NCBI RefSeq assembly: GCF_006345805.1
Contig: NC_043006.1
Coordinates: 25,048,001 to 25,112,000, forward strand
Length of the DNA: 64,000 nt
Direction: 5' to 3'
Source: Octopus sinensis
Lineage: Eukaryota
The notes below the pieces were generated by a model that saw only the letters and a program-made list of their open reading frames with translations, was not told where the DNA came from and ran no database searches. Below, in pieces: positions 10,244 through 24,265 of the stretch (position 1 is the stretch's first letter; each line of letters begins with the position of its first letter). Both the position numbers and the translations under genes were made by a program.

Positions 10244-12164
10244 AATAAAGTTTATTACACATTCCATCCCCTATTTTATTTATTAATACAATATATACAC
10301 ACACATCACGCACACATACATATATATAAATGAATACACACATATATGCAAAAATATCAAAGGGTCAAAGGTCCTTTGCAAGCCATTGGCTCATAAGGCC
10401 AGTTTCCCAGATTCTTTGATGTGTATACTTGTCAGCTGGATGGGGCACCAGACCATCACAGAATAACTCATTTTTGTCAACAATATGAAATGAAGTGTGT
10501 TGCTTAAGAATCCAATACATCATCAAGTCCAGGAATCAAAACCACGATATTATAATCATGAGCACAACACCACTAAACTATGTGCCCCCACAATATACAT
10601 ACACAGATACACATACACACACACACACATGAAATATTATAAAATTATAAACAGGCATACAACTGATATCAGATTCAGTTATGACATGTATTTAAGCATG
10701 AGGTGTGTTAACAAAGTCATTATGCAATTTGTAGACAATTAATAATTAAAGTGGAAAAAATTATCACAAGTATCTTTCTTATTCATTTTTTACAAATATG
10801 CTTGCTTGCCTCCCTCCCTCCCTCCATCCATCCCTACCTACCTACATACCTACCTACATACATACATAGATACATACATACATACATATGATGGGCTTCT
10901 TTTAGTTTCTACAAACTAAATCCACTAAAAAGGCTTTGGTCAGCTTGGGGCATTAGTAGAAGACACTTGGTGAAGGTGCCATGCAGTGGGAGTGAACCTG
11001 AAACCTAGTATAGGAGGAAGGAAGACAGTGTATGGATAGTCTCTAACCGCTGCTCCAAGAATAGATGCACAGATGGTGCATTTCTTTGGTAATGACAGTC
11101 ATCCAACATTATAGCAGCAGTCTATTCCACCACTGGAGAAAGAATGAGGCAAAGTCTCAGCAGAGAGTTTTTGGTTTACTATTAGTGTGAGGTATAAAGG
11201 AAAGTGTAAACAAAGAGAGCAGAGGAAATAAGGCCATACTAATAAGAAGATGGATAACAATCATAACAAAGGATAGATATATAAATTTCTAGAGTTAGAG
11301 AAAGATATATAGCAAGGAGCGACTAGTACCACCAATATGAGTAGGGAAGTGGGGTGCTAAGTGGTTTGGTGTGAAGAAGACCATGTGTATGTGTAATAGT
11401 GACAGCATGTAGGTCAAGTACATTAGAATTATCAGTTAATTAGATTAGCCACCAGGAGTGGGAGGTGGTGTGGGAAGAGAGGAGAAGAGAGGTACTAGAG
11501 GGTTAGCATTCTGAGGGCAGTTTGTGCTCTTCAGATATGTGTTTGTTAATAGCTACTAAAATAAAGAAACTATTTATTGTAACTATTTTTTATTAATTAA
11601 TAATTAAAATTGTAAGTTCAATGAAGAGTATGAAAATATGGCTAAGTGTGGGTATTGGAGTAGCATAGGAGTGAAAACGGAAAGATCTTCAAATTTGTAC
11701 ACAAACTGAGAATATCTAAAGTGGGTGCTACAATATGTTATGTAATTTCTAGAAAATAACATCTTGTTAAGTCATTGTATTATAAACAGAATGCATTATA
11801 AAATTAAGAATTATGGAAACATACAGAAGTCAAGTAAGTGGTGAATTTAGAATAGGAGAAACAAATGAAGATATAAGAGAATGAATAAAGTGTTGCTCTA
11901 TAGATTAAATTAAATTAAATTAAAGAGATATATGAGGAACTTTTGCTGTATGTGAGTGAGAATTATATTGAGAGATTCAAAAGCACTACATTTAGATTTG
12001 TGATAAAATCAGAATGTTTTGAAGAATCTCTGGACAACAAGTGATAAATGCTTCATTTTTTCTGTTCAGTAATTGCTATGCATTATGTAATAAGGATTTG
12101 TATAGAATCTTTTAAGCTTAATAACACATTTTTTTAAGGTATATGGTCAGCTTATTATTTATTA

Positions 12165-13449
12165 CAGGGGTTGGACAAAATAATGGAAACACCTTAAAAT
12201 TTCAAACAAATTTATTTTGATTTGGGGTAGGACCACCTTTGGCAGTAATTACAACTTGAATTCTACGAGGTATGGACTCGTACAAAGTTTGAATTGTTTC
12301 TAAAAGAATTTTTGTCCATTCTTCAGCTAAAACTGTCTCCAGTTATTGTAGTGATGATGGTGGAGGATATCGCCCCCTTACTTGTTTTTCTAAAATGCAC
12401 CATAAATGTTCAATAATATTGAGATCTGGGGACTGTGGTGGCCAGATAAGATGTTCAACTTCACTAGAATGTTCCTTGTGCCATTCAGTAGCAACTTTAG
12501 CTGTGTGAATTGGTACATTATCATCCTGAAAGACTGCATTTCCCTTCGGAAACAGTTCTGCAACCATAGGATGAATTTGAGCAGATAAAAGGCTTAAATA
12601 GTCTTGACTATTAATTCTGCTATGAAGAGAAACCATTGGGCTGGCAGATTTCCAAGATATAGCCCCCGATCATCACAGATACTCTTCCATGCTTAACAGT
12701 TGGAAGAAGGCACTTGAAGAAGCATTTGACCTTGGGTCAAATGCTTCTTTTGGCTGTCTGCACACGTATACTCAGCCAGTGGTTGGAAATAAGGTAAAGG
12801 ATGATTTGTCCAAGAAAATAACATTCTTCCATTGCTCTAGGGACCAATTCTGTAGGTTTTTACTCCACTCTAAATGCTTTGCAACGTTTGTTTTTGAAAG
12901 TAGTGGTTTTCTGATGGCAGCCTTCCTGTGAAATCTGGCTTTGTGCAGCTCCCAGTGAACAGTTTTTGTAGAAACTGGTTTCTCAAGGTGGTCATTAAGC
13001 TCTGCAGTAATTTTGGGAGCTGTACTTTTGTGATCCTTTCTAACAATTCACATAAGAGTCCAATGGTCCCTATCTGAAAGTTTTGGTTTTCATCTGGAGT
13101 TTTGTTTCAACGAGGTTTTCCCCTCTTTCTCAAAGGCTGTCATTACTTTCGAGACAGTACTTCTTGATACACCAAACATTTCGGCTGTTTTCGTTACGCT
13201 AGTTCCTGCCATACGAGCACCAACAATTTGATCTCTTTGAAAGTCCGATAGATCTGTCATTTTAATGAATTTTAATTACCTTATTCTGATGATATCTGAA
13301 AAGTAAACAGCAATTTTAGCAAAACATTTTAAGCAACACTTATAATAAATCAAAAACATAGAAATAAACAAGCTTCTGACGGTTTTATAGATATTTCAAA
13401 ATTATGATGCTATGATGCTAGATGTTTCCGTTATTTTGTCCAACCCCTG
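12165..13449 (-). mobile_element. TIR-to-TIR Tc1-like DNA transposon, DD36E spacing, disrupted transposase
   Basis: 30-bp TIRs caggggttggacaaaataa(t/c)ggaaaca(c/t)ct (28/30 identical), TA on both sides. Transposase FQDDNVPIH...WPPQSPDLNIIEHLW has 36 residues between D and E. Confidence 0.92.
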
Positions 13450-13898
13450 TAGATTTATTGTGTTTAGTAGATTTAAAAGAGCTCAAGTTGGCATTTAAAA
13501 TTGATGGTGGCTCCAATATACACTTATAAATGTTAAATCTTCAGTAGTTGCCTGATAATGGACAGCCTCTATGTATTTTACTGTTGCATCCTTTATATCA
13601 TATGTTAGTGTTATTACTAAGATATCAATCTGGGTTAACTTGAATCTGTCAGATTCATCTCCCTCGTATATAATATATTCTAGAGTATTGTCAGTGTTAT
13701 GTATGCTATTATTATTAGTAGTAGAATTAGAATTAGCAGTAGTAATATTGATGATAGAATGAGTGGATGTCCCATTTTAAGTGAGGTTAGTATGTTTATC
13801 CATACTCTTGCCCGTGTGTTTTTGAAGGCACATGGCTTAGTGGTTAGGGTATTCTGCTCATGATTGTAAGTTTGTGAGTTTGATTTCCAGCAGCACGT

Positions 13899-14326
13899 TC
13901 ATCATTATCATCATCGTTTAACGTTCGTTTTCCTTGCTAGCATGGGTTGGACGGTTCAACTGGGGTCTGGGAAGCCAGAAGGCTGCGCCAGGCCCAGTCT
14001 GATCTGGCAGTGTTTCTACAGCTGGATGCCCTTCCTAATGCCAACCACTCCGTGAGTGTAGTGGGTGCTTTTTACGTGCCACCTGCACAGGTGCCAGATG
14101 AGGCTGGCAAACGGCCATGATCGGATGGTGCTTTTTTATGTGTCACCGGCACGGGGGCCAGACGAAGCTGGCAACGGCCACAATCGGATGGTGCTTTTTA
14201 CATGCCACCGGCACGGAGGCCAGTCGTGGTGGCACTGGCAACGGCCACGTTCGGATGGTTCTCTTACATGCCACCGGCACAGGTATCTCAGCTACAATTT
14301 CCATTGATGTTGATCGATTTCGATTT
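13899..14326 (-). mobile_element. RTE LINE 3' UTR/tail fragment
   Basis: Reverse complement of the 3' UTR of the RTE at 29412-32223, including the aggaagggcatccagctgtagaaac tail and (GAT)n end. Confidence 0.85.
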
Positions 14327-15822
14327 GTCCTTGAAATATGACATTTCATTTCACATACACTCAGCTCCAGTACGCGCAGCTGGAAGAAATGAGTTGGACC
14401 TGCATTTCAAAGGGCCAGCCTTGTCACATTCTGTATCACATTGAATCTCCCTAAGAAGTACATTAAGATTATGCATATCTGCAGAGTGCTCAACCACTTG
14501 CACGTTAATTCCACGAACCCTAGACAGAGTGTCAGGAACTCACTTTGTAGTAGTTATCAATTTCAGTATTCATTATGCTACATATATGTAAGTATATATG
14601 AGGATTAAGGCTACCATAGGTTTCATGTTAATGACACCCTTAGAAATTTTCAAGCTTATCACATGGAAGATTGGTGTTCATCTTCAGTTTACATCAAAAC
14701 ATGAAAAATCAGATAAAATCACAATAAAAGTCTTGAGATTTTTGGTTAAACAAAAACAAGACATCAGGGGAACAACTTTTGGATGATCATCTCCTTTGGA
14801 TTTGAATCGCGGAAAAATATGCTTCATTCAACTTTTTCTCACCCATGTAGATGCACACACATACCTGCATCGATATTTTACTTGCATTAATATTTTATGA
14901 TTTTAAAACTTGTGCACTTAATAGGTCATATTTATATATATGTGCACCTGGTTGCCAAATGTTTATCACATTTTGGCATCAATGTTTTTACAGTGGTGTT
15001 ATAATTGTGTATATCTAAATTTATGTATATATTCATGAATTAGTATATATATATATATTTTCAGTTTGTGGATCATGTGTTGTTTTATGCATTATGCATA
15101 CATCCTCATGTATGTGCACACACACATACACTACACATATACATGCATCCCCACACACATACAGCCGCACGCACACAGTCACACACATGCACACATATAT
15201 ATACATACATACAATATGTACATATATCTGTATATAGATTTTGGATGTGTGCATATGACTGGAGTTTCTCTTATCACATTTTTTACACACATTTTCCTGT
15301 CAAGTTTGTAAAGTTGTAGGGTTCTTGAATGATAAGTTTGTTTATATCATGTAATGCCCTGGGTATTGTAATGCTCATCTATTTGAGTGTTGGAAGAGCT
15401 CAGCACGAAGGCAAATGTCTTTTATGCTTAAAGTTCATATGGTGCATACATTTAATGTTCACACTCAGAGGAGAAAATCTAGCTAGGATGGGGTGACAGA
15501 GTAGGTAGTGGGTCCTCTTTGAAATATTTGAGTGTAAAATATTGCTTATGCATGCAGAGAGAGAAAGTTTAATCTCTAATGTTTAAAATATTAGTTTTTG
15601 ATTGGATGATATTTAGCTTTTCAGTTATACATAGCTCACATTTGGTGCAGGTTGCTTACTCCTCTTTATTTTAGTGTCCATATCATTGCTTAATACTAAT
15701 GCTGATATAACACACACATCCAGAGGATGTGGCAAGCATAGCATAATTGATGGTGGAATAATGCAAAGACAACTGCTATGACATGTATGTTGGTCAATGC
15801 TCATTACAACCTTCTTTTCAGA

Positions 15823-16222
15823 TGCTGAAAGCTACAGTTCTCCCTCTCCATGTTACTTCCTATTTCTCTTTACATTCCCTCAGAGTCAGCACAGTCAATG
15901 TAGGCACATTGAAAGGTAGGTCTAGTGAGATTGTTGAGATGCTTGAAAACAGACATGTTGATGTGTGCTGTATCCAAGAAGTTTGGTGGAGGGGAGCTTC
16001 AGCTAGGTTCCTGGGAGGGCAACTTTAATGGAGTATGAAGCGTTGGCATCCTTCTAACAAAGAAATAGGTAAGTCAGAGTTTGTGATAGGGTACTTAAGC
16101 TCAGACTAACTTTGCAGAATAGCACTGCAACAGTCATCTCTGCCTGTGCCTCACAACTGGACTTGCCAAATGAACAAAAGGACTTTTTATGACTCTTTTG
16201 TAGGCTACAAGTGACAGAGACC
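15823..16222 (+). mobile_element. RTE LINE 5' fragment (APE endonuclease), decayed
   Basis: LRVSTVNVGTLKGRSSEIVEMLENRHVDVCCIQEV.WRG is the N-terminal APE motif. Interrupted at about 16223 by a Gypsy remnant. Confidence 0.85.
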
Positions 16223-17420
16223 TGTGACGGATTATATACTCTTTTAATGAGTATATAATCCGAATATGGAATTGCGAATTTACAGTCTACTTACGTTGCA
16301 TCAATAATCTGATGAAAAATCACTGGTGCAAATTTTAAGCCAAATGGTAACCTGTTGTATTGATATATGTGTTAATTGTTAGGTATATAGAGCATTCATC
16401 ATCTACTCTAATTTATAGGTACGTGTCAGAGAGATCCAATTCAGAAAATATCTTGCCACCATTTAATTTTGCAAAAATATCCTCCAGAGTAGGTAGCAGA
16501 TAGTGGCACATTTTAAAACATTCATTAAAACAAGTGGAAAAATCAGCACACATTCTGGTTTTATTATTCTTTTTCTTAATGTACACACATGGTGCTGCCC
16601 ATTTAGAATATTCCACTTTTTTGGGATAACTCCAATTTTTTCTAGTCTTTCTAACTCTAAGTTTATCTGTTCTAACACTGCGGATGGTATTGTTCATTTT
16701 TGTTTAAATGTCAGTATGGCATTTTTTTCTATTTGAAACCATGTCTTCATTTTGGTACACAGACCTAATTTATTGGACAGAACTTCAAGAAAAATATTAA
16801 ACATTTTTTGTTTTTAATTTGTCTGACAACTTATTTGTACTGGAGGAAAAACCATTTACATTTTTACAGAAAAGATTGATGGGGTGGTCCCATACATTAA
16901 ACAATTCCATTCAGTCATTACTGAACAAGTTTGTTGTATATTTGGATGCAAAAATTTTAGCCTTTAAGTTTTTTTCACGAAATGTAATGTTACTTATCAA
17001 TTTGCCCTTAAAATATAATTTTTCCACAGGCAATTTTCAAGGTTTCATTTAACTTATGTCTCCTGATCTTTTTCCATGTATTTGTGTTTTATTGAGATGT
17101 CACTGCCAGTATCCAATTGTAACTATACGTTTGTATTATTAATTTTTACATACACAAATTTTCTTTGAGGCTCATTCGTATTTTTTGTTGCCAATAATTT
17201 GTTCATACGACTTTTTTCTGTTGAACTGTTTTTTAATTTCTGTCCTACAGTGCAACTTTTTATGGCCTATTTTAGTTTTCTTTTACAACTAATAAAATTT
17301 ATTGCTCATAATTTTTTACTTTAGCCAAAATTGTTGTGTACCACTTACTACTGTTACTCCCTCGCTTAATGTTGCATCATGGCTCCTTGAGAAGCAAAAC
17401 AATTGTATACTTGTTGCATA
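16223..17420 (-). mobile_element. Ty3/Gypsy LTR retrotransposon remnant (protease, RT N-terminus)
   Basis: QLDTGSDI protease motif at about 17095-17120. KVEYSKWAAP..IKKKNNKTRMCADFST..LP..EDIFAKLNGGKIFSELDLSD.YL is an RT motif. Boundaries are approximate. Confidence 0.85.
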
Positions 17421-18004
17421 ATTAATTAGAAATATTCATCTCACTCTACTTTTAGTATTGAGTTATTTACTTAGTTTGTGAAATTTTTCTTATTCTAACA
17501 ATCAAGTAATATTAGCCTTTTTTTTTGAAAAAATAACACGTAATATAGCTTAAAGTGGAACAATCTATCTGGAGCCAGATCCTATACTAGAAACAAAGAA
17601 ACCTTGCTATACCTATGCATAACTGGAAGCTCTTAAATTCTTTTTGTTAAAATACCAAATTCTCAGTAGACAGTACAAATCCTTTCAATCCAACATAAAA
17701 TGTTCAAAACTTTAAAAAATTTTGAAACTACTTACATATCCTAACACATAAGTTCACATCACATATGACTTTACTCATCCTCTAATCGAACTGATTTTGT
17801 AAATGCATTTCTTCCAACTTAATATCTATTTGACTTTATTTTTCACTACCTACCCCTATATATTGGAATCTATTACTCTATCATAAGGACATTCCTTCTG
17901 CCTTACAGCATGCATTCAATAAAACTGAAGATAATGAAGGTGTTGCCTTTCTTATGTTCAATGTTATTCATACCAAGTAGCATGCTTACACATTTACTCC
18001 TATA

Positions 18005-18411
18005 GGTGCAGGAGTGGCTGTGTGGTAAGTAGCTTGCTTACCAACCACATGGTTCTGGGTTCAGTCCCACCGCGTGGCACCTTGGGCAAGTGTCTTCTAC
18101 TATAGCCTCGGGCCGACCAAAGCCTTGTGAGTGGATTTGGTAGACAGAAACTGAAAGAAGCCCGTCGTATATATGTATATATATGTATGTGTGTGTGTGT
18201 GTCTGTGTTTGTCCCCTCCAACATCGCTTGACAACCGATGCTGGTGTGATTGCGTCTCCGTAACTTAGCAGCTCGGCAAAAGAGACCAATAGAATAAGTA
18301 CTAGGCTTACAAAGAATAAGTCCTGGGATCGATTTGTTCGACTAAAAGTGGTGCTCCAGCATGGCCGCAGTCAAATGACTGAAACAAGTAAAAGAGAGAG
18401 TAAAGAGAGTA
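18005..18411 (+). mobile_element. tRNA-derived SINE (family A)
   Basis: A-box tggctgtgtggtaag, B-box gggttcagtccc, CORE-like gcaccttgggcaagtgtcttc, internal (TA/TG)n and (GTAAAAGA)-type tail. Confidence 0.92.
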
Positions 18412-18796
18412 TACATTTACCAATTAACTGATTCAGTTTTCAGCACATCACTATATTTGTAACTAATGGATTTTCTGTGATTAGCTATATAGTCCTCTTT
18501 GTGGAATTATGTGTATTTGCATGTTTGCCTGTGCACGATTCTTCATAAAGCTATAATATGTCTGCAAAGTGTCCATTGCATGATGCCATACTTATTTGTA
18601 TAATGCATCTGAATATGTGTATACATTCACACCTTTGTATGTTTATTTTTACATCAATCTGACCATATTTGACTCTGAAGCTTAATTTAGAGGGCATGTG
18701 TGTGTGTGTGCGTGCGTGAAAGAAAGAGAGAGTTTGTGTTTTTTAATTGTGTTTGATTTTTCATGTTTAATATCTTTTGAGAATTCTTTATTTCAG

Positions 18797-19004
18797 GAGA
18801 TGGTTGTAAAATAGCACCTCCTAATTGGTCTTTACCTTACTCTGCTGTACCTTCAATTCCTTCAACCTTACCACCAACCCTGGAAGGTACACCAGTCTGC
18901 AAACTACAGCGCTCTCAAAGCTATCGAGCTAACCCTGAAAGAGAGCCAGTCCCTGAAAGAATACGCAGTATGACACCACAACCACCTCAAGATCCAGAAA
19001 CTAA
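18797..19004 (+). CDS. Internal exon A of an SRCIN1/KIAA1217/CG32809-like (AIP3-domain) gene
   Basis: Acceptor tttcag, donor gtaatg. 208 nt open: (G)DGCKIAPPNWSLPYSAVPSIPSTLPPTLEGTPVCKLQRSQSYRANPEREPVPERIRSMTPQPPQDPET. Ends in phase 2 (AA), completing AAG with the exon at 20476. Confidence 0.8.
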
Positions 19005-20475
19005 GTAATGTTTGATTTTCCTTATTAAATTTGTTTATTTTAAGAATTTTGTTTACAAACAATATTTTAAAGTTGAAAGTACATCAGTTAAAATGAGGGA
19101 GGTTTAAAGCTAAATTCCCACTTTTATTTGAAAGTAACGGTTATCATCCCATTCATAGTAACTTATATGATATATTTAATTACTGGAGCACCATTGAAGA
19201 CTTTGTCTTCATGTTCTATATATAAGTTACCTTTGTAAAGCTTATCTTTCTCTATTCAATACTCACAGATGAATTTGAACTCAACACAGTAAGCAAACAA
19301 AACTTTCATCAATTTCACTGTGTTACTGCCATATAGGGCTGCAAGATTGTCATATGTTATAGCCACAGATATGATACAGTGCAGAGGACAACACACTAAC
19401 TGGCAGTCTTTTGGTTCTTACTGCTATAGCTTGTCACCTCAGCCATTTACATCATTTCATTACATCTGTATCCTACTTTTCTGATGTCTTGCTTTGTAGA
19501 AATTACATTTCTTCCTTTCCTAATAACTGTGGCCCTTTCAATCCTTACTAGCAGTTTTGTCAAATGTACAACATAGAAGTAACATAGTCCATTTCATTCT
19601 TCATTTTCATGCTATCTAGTGGTAATGCTGTTCAGTTCAAACTTCACTGTTATTCCATCCTCTACTGGTAATATCACTAATTGCTACAGATTCTATGCTC
19701 CACTGTGTTCCCAGTAATGTTATTTATTCCTTATATTTCAATAGAGAAAATAGCAGTACCCATAGACACTGTAAAACGTCCTAAGCTAGTGAAATTAAAG
19801 TAAATAATATTCAGTTTCTTCTGTGTACTAAAACATGATTCAAGTGGGAATACATCAGAGGGTTAAAATATGCTCATTATAATGAGAACAAGAGAGGCTG
19901 GAGAATCACATTGGTTTGGTTGCAGAAGAGATTTTAGGTGATGTAGACTAACAGATCTCTGGTTGATCTGACTTACAAGCTGTATTAGTGGATACTGAAA
20001 AGACAAGGTAGCTCAATTTATGAAAGAGATAGTTATTTACAGTTCTTTCTCATACCTGTGAGATGTTCGAACAATAAAGTAAATCTTACAATCATAATAC
20101 CATCAATCAAGTTACAGTTTTAATACATGTTCATAAACTAAATACCAGTTGTTATAATATTCTTTTTTTTTTTCATTTTTTTTTTTTACTGTGGCCATGA
20201 CCTTTATATTATTTTTATTGATAAACTGTGACAGAATGGATGTCAATTTTTCAGTTGAAATGTAGTGAATTCATGTCCCAGATTTACTTTTGAATTATAT
20301 GTATAACTTTAATATCATTATTATGTCAGCAACTGTCTAACATTAAGTAGATTATGAGATTATAAAAATTCAAAATTTCAAAATAACAAGGAACCAGCTG
20401 ACAGAGTGTTTGATTGAACCCTCCTTTCACAAAAGAATAAATGAATGTATAACATTTGTTTACCTTTCATTACAG

Positions 20476-20639
20476 GGTTCGAATGGAACGGATGGAGGCC
20501 CAACTAGCAAATCTGACTGCTTGGGTCCACAATACTGTAATTCCGTCAAGATCTCATCACACCAATGGCAGGACAAGCAGCATGCGCAGTAATTGCAGTA
20601 CAGTATCAGACAGTACATGTACTGGTTCCACAGCTAGTA
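20476..20639 (+). CDS. Internal exon B, coiled-coil motif RMERMEAQLANLTAWV
   Basis: Acceptor ttacag, donor gtaagt, 164 nt. VRMERMEAQLANLTAWVH resembles the SRCIN1/KIAA1217 motif RMEAMEKQIASLTGLV. Phase matches both neighbouring exons. Confidence 0.88.
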
Positions 20640-22851
20640 GTAAGTATAACCAACTCAGTAGTCTCAGTAGTTCTTAATTTACTTCATGTTTTAAATCTTT
20701 TTATCTTTACAAGTGCTGTGGAACTGGTCTGTCACTTCACTTATGCTATTAATAACATTAGAAGAAGGAGGAATATTATTTTTCCTCATGTCTGTTAACA
20801 CTTCCTGGATATAAAATGCTAAGCAATTGACTCTGTTTGTCACACTTAGAGGAAATAATATACTATTGATAATAGATTTTTTTTTAAATTTCGTAGCATT
20901 CGGACTGATGTAGATGTCTTTAAAGCCGTCCAATTTGTGGCAGTATAGAAAAAGAATTATAAAACCACCAATGGAAGATTTTAAAAATAATTATTTTAAC
21001 AATAGTTTTATAAAACATGCAGAAGGGGCTAGAATAAAAATGTTGCATAAATGAAAAGTCTCATCTCAGAAATATAAAATTTTAATTTAATTATGAGGGA
21101 ACTTAACTCAGGAAGGGGAAGGATGTGACAATTGTGATTTTTAAAAAATAAGTGATGTATAGTCAATTGAATACACCACCCCTGTATTATTATAAGGCTT
21201 GTTTTAACTAAGAGCTAGGAAGCAAATTTCATCTAAACAGTTGGTTGGTACAGTCATCTCCACTGCCTTAATAATGATATAAATAATTAGTTTTAAATAC
21301 AAGGCCAAATTTTCTAGAGGAGAATGTATATTTAATTGGCTTCACTAGTATCAGTGATACTTGCTTTATCTCTCCCAGAGGAATGAATGCCAAAGTCAAT
21401 CTGATCGCTTTGAAAGAAACCAAATATTCATACTAATTTGTTACTTTTAACAATAGTAGTATTGATTGTAATAAATATTTTTTAAACCAAGTTAGTAAGT
21501 TTTAAATTAATATAACACATGGACTATGACATAAAAATTTCACTTTCCTCCAAACACCAATTTTAACTATGGAAATACAAGATACCTTGTTATACTACAT
21601 GGGCACCTTTGAATATAAAGTAAACTCCCACTTTTTGGTCCAAGACAGTTACATAAAATGTCATTTCCTGGATGCCATCCTTTCACTTTGTTTATTGGTG
21701 GATGATGGCAATTCAGTTTTTCCTCAGGCAGTGGTTGTTGTTGTTTACTCTTACTTCAGCTCTGATGAATCTGACCTATGACCAAAGACATTCCAGTCAT
21801 GACCAACTTGTCATTTTTTTATATAAGCGAAAATATTTTTCAATATTTTCTTTCTTTTTTTAAGACAATAGTATGCGATATGTTGGGACATTTAGCTGGT
21901 ATACCTAGCAGATCAAGCAGCTATTTAGAGGCTGTGTCATTGACCTATTACCCTTAAGTAGACAGGAGTGATTATGAAGATAAATAGTTGATTGCAATAA
22001 TGTAGAGGGACAACTTCATTCTTTAAATGTTTTACTGAAAGCTTTAAAAAAATAACTTCAATTAACCCCTTTTAATTTTTCAAATAGTGTATTTAAACAA
22101 TCATACATTTTGTAAATATGGGAACAAATTAGGGTACAAAATATTAGAAGATAAACGACAATATTTATTTATATTACAAGATAGAAATGTTATCTATTTA
22201 TATGATTCAGTGATAAAAACTCAGACAAAACTGGAGGTTAATAAACTAGAATAAACTGCCCACATCAGTTGTTAGCTGTTGGGACACAACATTCTTCAAA
22301 ACTTAAGAACTCATTCACTGTTCACTTCATGTGTGCAGTCTATGTATTGTTCATGTAGTTTGGTTACTTTTTCTGATAAGTTGTTGTGCACCTGAGCACT
22401 GAATACAATAAGTTCATTGTGTGTGTATATATATATATATATTTTGAATAACACCTAGAATGAGTATAGTTGGATTACCAATTTTCATTCACCTTTTTCT
22501 AAGCCAAGTATATTCACAATAAAAAATAAATGAAATCCAAATCAAAATTTTTAATTCCAACTTTAGTTCATATATCATTTTTATGAATCAGTGATTTCAG
22601 CCATTCATTCCCCAACATAATATAGAATAGAGAGATATTCCCTCAACAAGCTGTTACCTACTTTCCATTCTAGTTGATAAAAATTTTCATTATACAACTA
22701 ATATTCCTTAGAAATGCATGAAGCATGAACCCCTTAAAGTCACAAATATATCCATGTGAGGAATTTAGCCTTTTTGTTACTTTGAAAGATGTTTATGTTG
22801 TGGCTGTGGTGTTTTATGTATAAACACACACACACACACACACATGTATGC

Positions 22852-22918
<67 letters not shown>

Positions 22919-22939
22919 ATATATATATAATATATATAT

Positions 22940-23016
<77 letters not shown>

Positions 23017-23152
23017 TTAATGTAGGATAAAATTTTTTTGAAAAAAAAATTTTATCAATGGCCAGCATATTGAAAAATAACTTTAAAGGTTAAATTTATA
23101 AACAACTTATAAATAAGGGCAAACGAAAAAATTTCTAATGCCAAATATGCTG

Positions 23153-23202
<50 letters not shown>

Positions 23203-24035
23203 GTAGTTCATTTAGCTAAAAAAAGTATACTCTAAAACAGTAATATATTTTTTTTAAATGTTGATTGTTATGGCCGGTCAGAGAGTGACTATTGGCTTTG
23301 CACATATAAAATACTTAGCAATACAGGTGATTCATCAAACTCAAACAACTGAAGGCACATAGCCTTTCTACAACTGGAGGGAAAAAGATGTCTTGATTAG
23401 TTAGTTTTATAAACAAAACATACATCAAGAGGATATTACAGGCAGGACCAGGTTATGTAAGGGAGTGTCTTTAACACTTTCTGTATGGCCATTCTGAATG
23501 TATTTTTTCGTTTACAAAACTAACTGACCATGTCTTCCTCCCACCAGTTGTAGAGAGGTTATTGCCTTTGGCTATTTGGGCCTGATGAGTTGTTTATATA
23601 GCAAAGCACTTTTGATAGGTGCAAAACTAATGGTCACTCTCTGACCAGCCATAACATTGAGCTTCCTGAATGTGTGTGTGTGTGTGTATATGTCTATGTA
23701 TTTGTTTTGCAAGATTCCTGATGTGAAATCATGTGTTGAAACAGATATTGTTATACTTCAGGATGGTAATTATTTTTTGCATCATATATTCATTCTTCAC
23801 TTCAGCTTTATTATTGTTTAGTGGTACACACTATAGAAAGATAGAAAGACAGACTGGAATAAACAGAACAGGAGGAGACACATGAGATGGAGAGTTGCTC
23901 AAGAGGTCATAGTATGTGTGATGAAAGATTTAAGACCAAGGACTCAAAAATAAGAACGACAATAAAGCTGAAGTGAAAAACAAATATATAGTGCACGTGT
24001 TTATTTGGCAAAATAAAATTACCATCCTGAAACAT

Positions 24036-24076
<41 letters not shown>

Positions 24077-24221
24077 TAATGTAGGATAAAATGTGTTTTG
24101 AAAAAAAATTTTATCAATGGCCAGCATGTTAAAAAATCCCTTTAAAGGTTAAATTTATAAATAACTTATAAAATAAGGGCAAAAGAAAATTAGAATTTTT
24201 CTTTGCCCTTATTTTATAAGT

Positions 24222-24265
<44 letters not shown>

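Noticed and set aside
11000-11500. Possible CR1/L2 RT remnant on the minus strand
   Set aside because: Too degraded to assign without a profile search.
18005-18075. tRNA genes at SINE heads
   Set aside because: A/B boxes are present, but there is no full cloverleaf and each continues into a SINE body.
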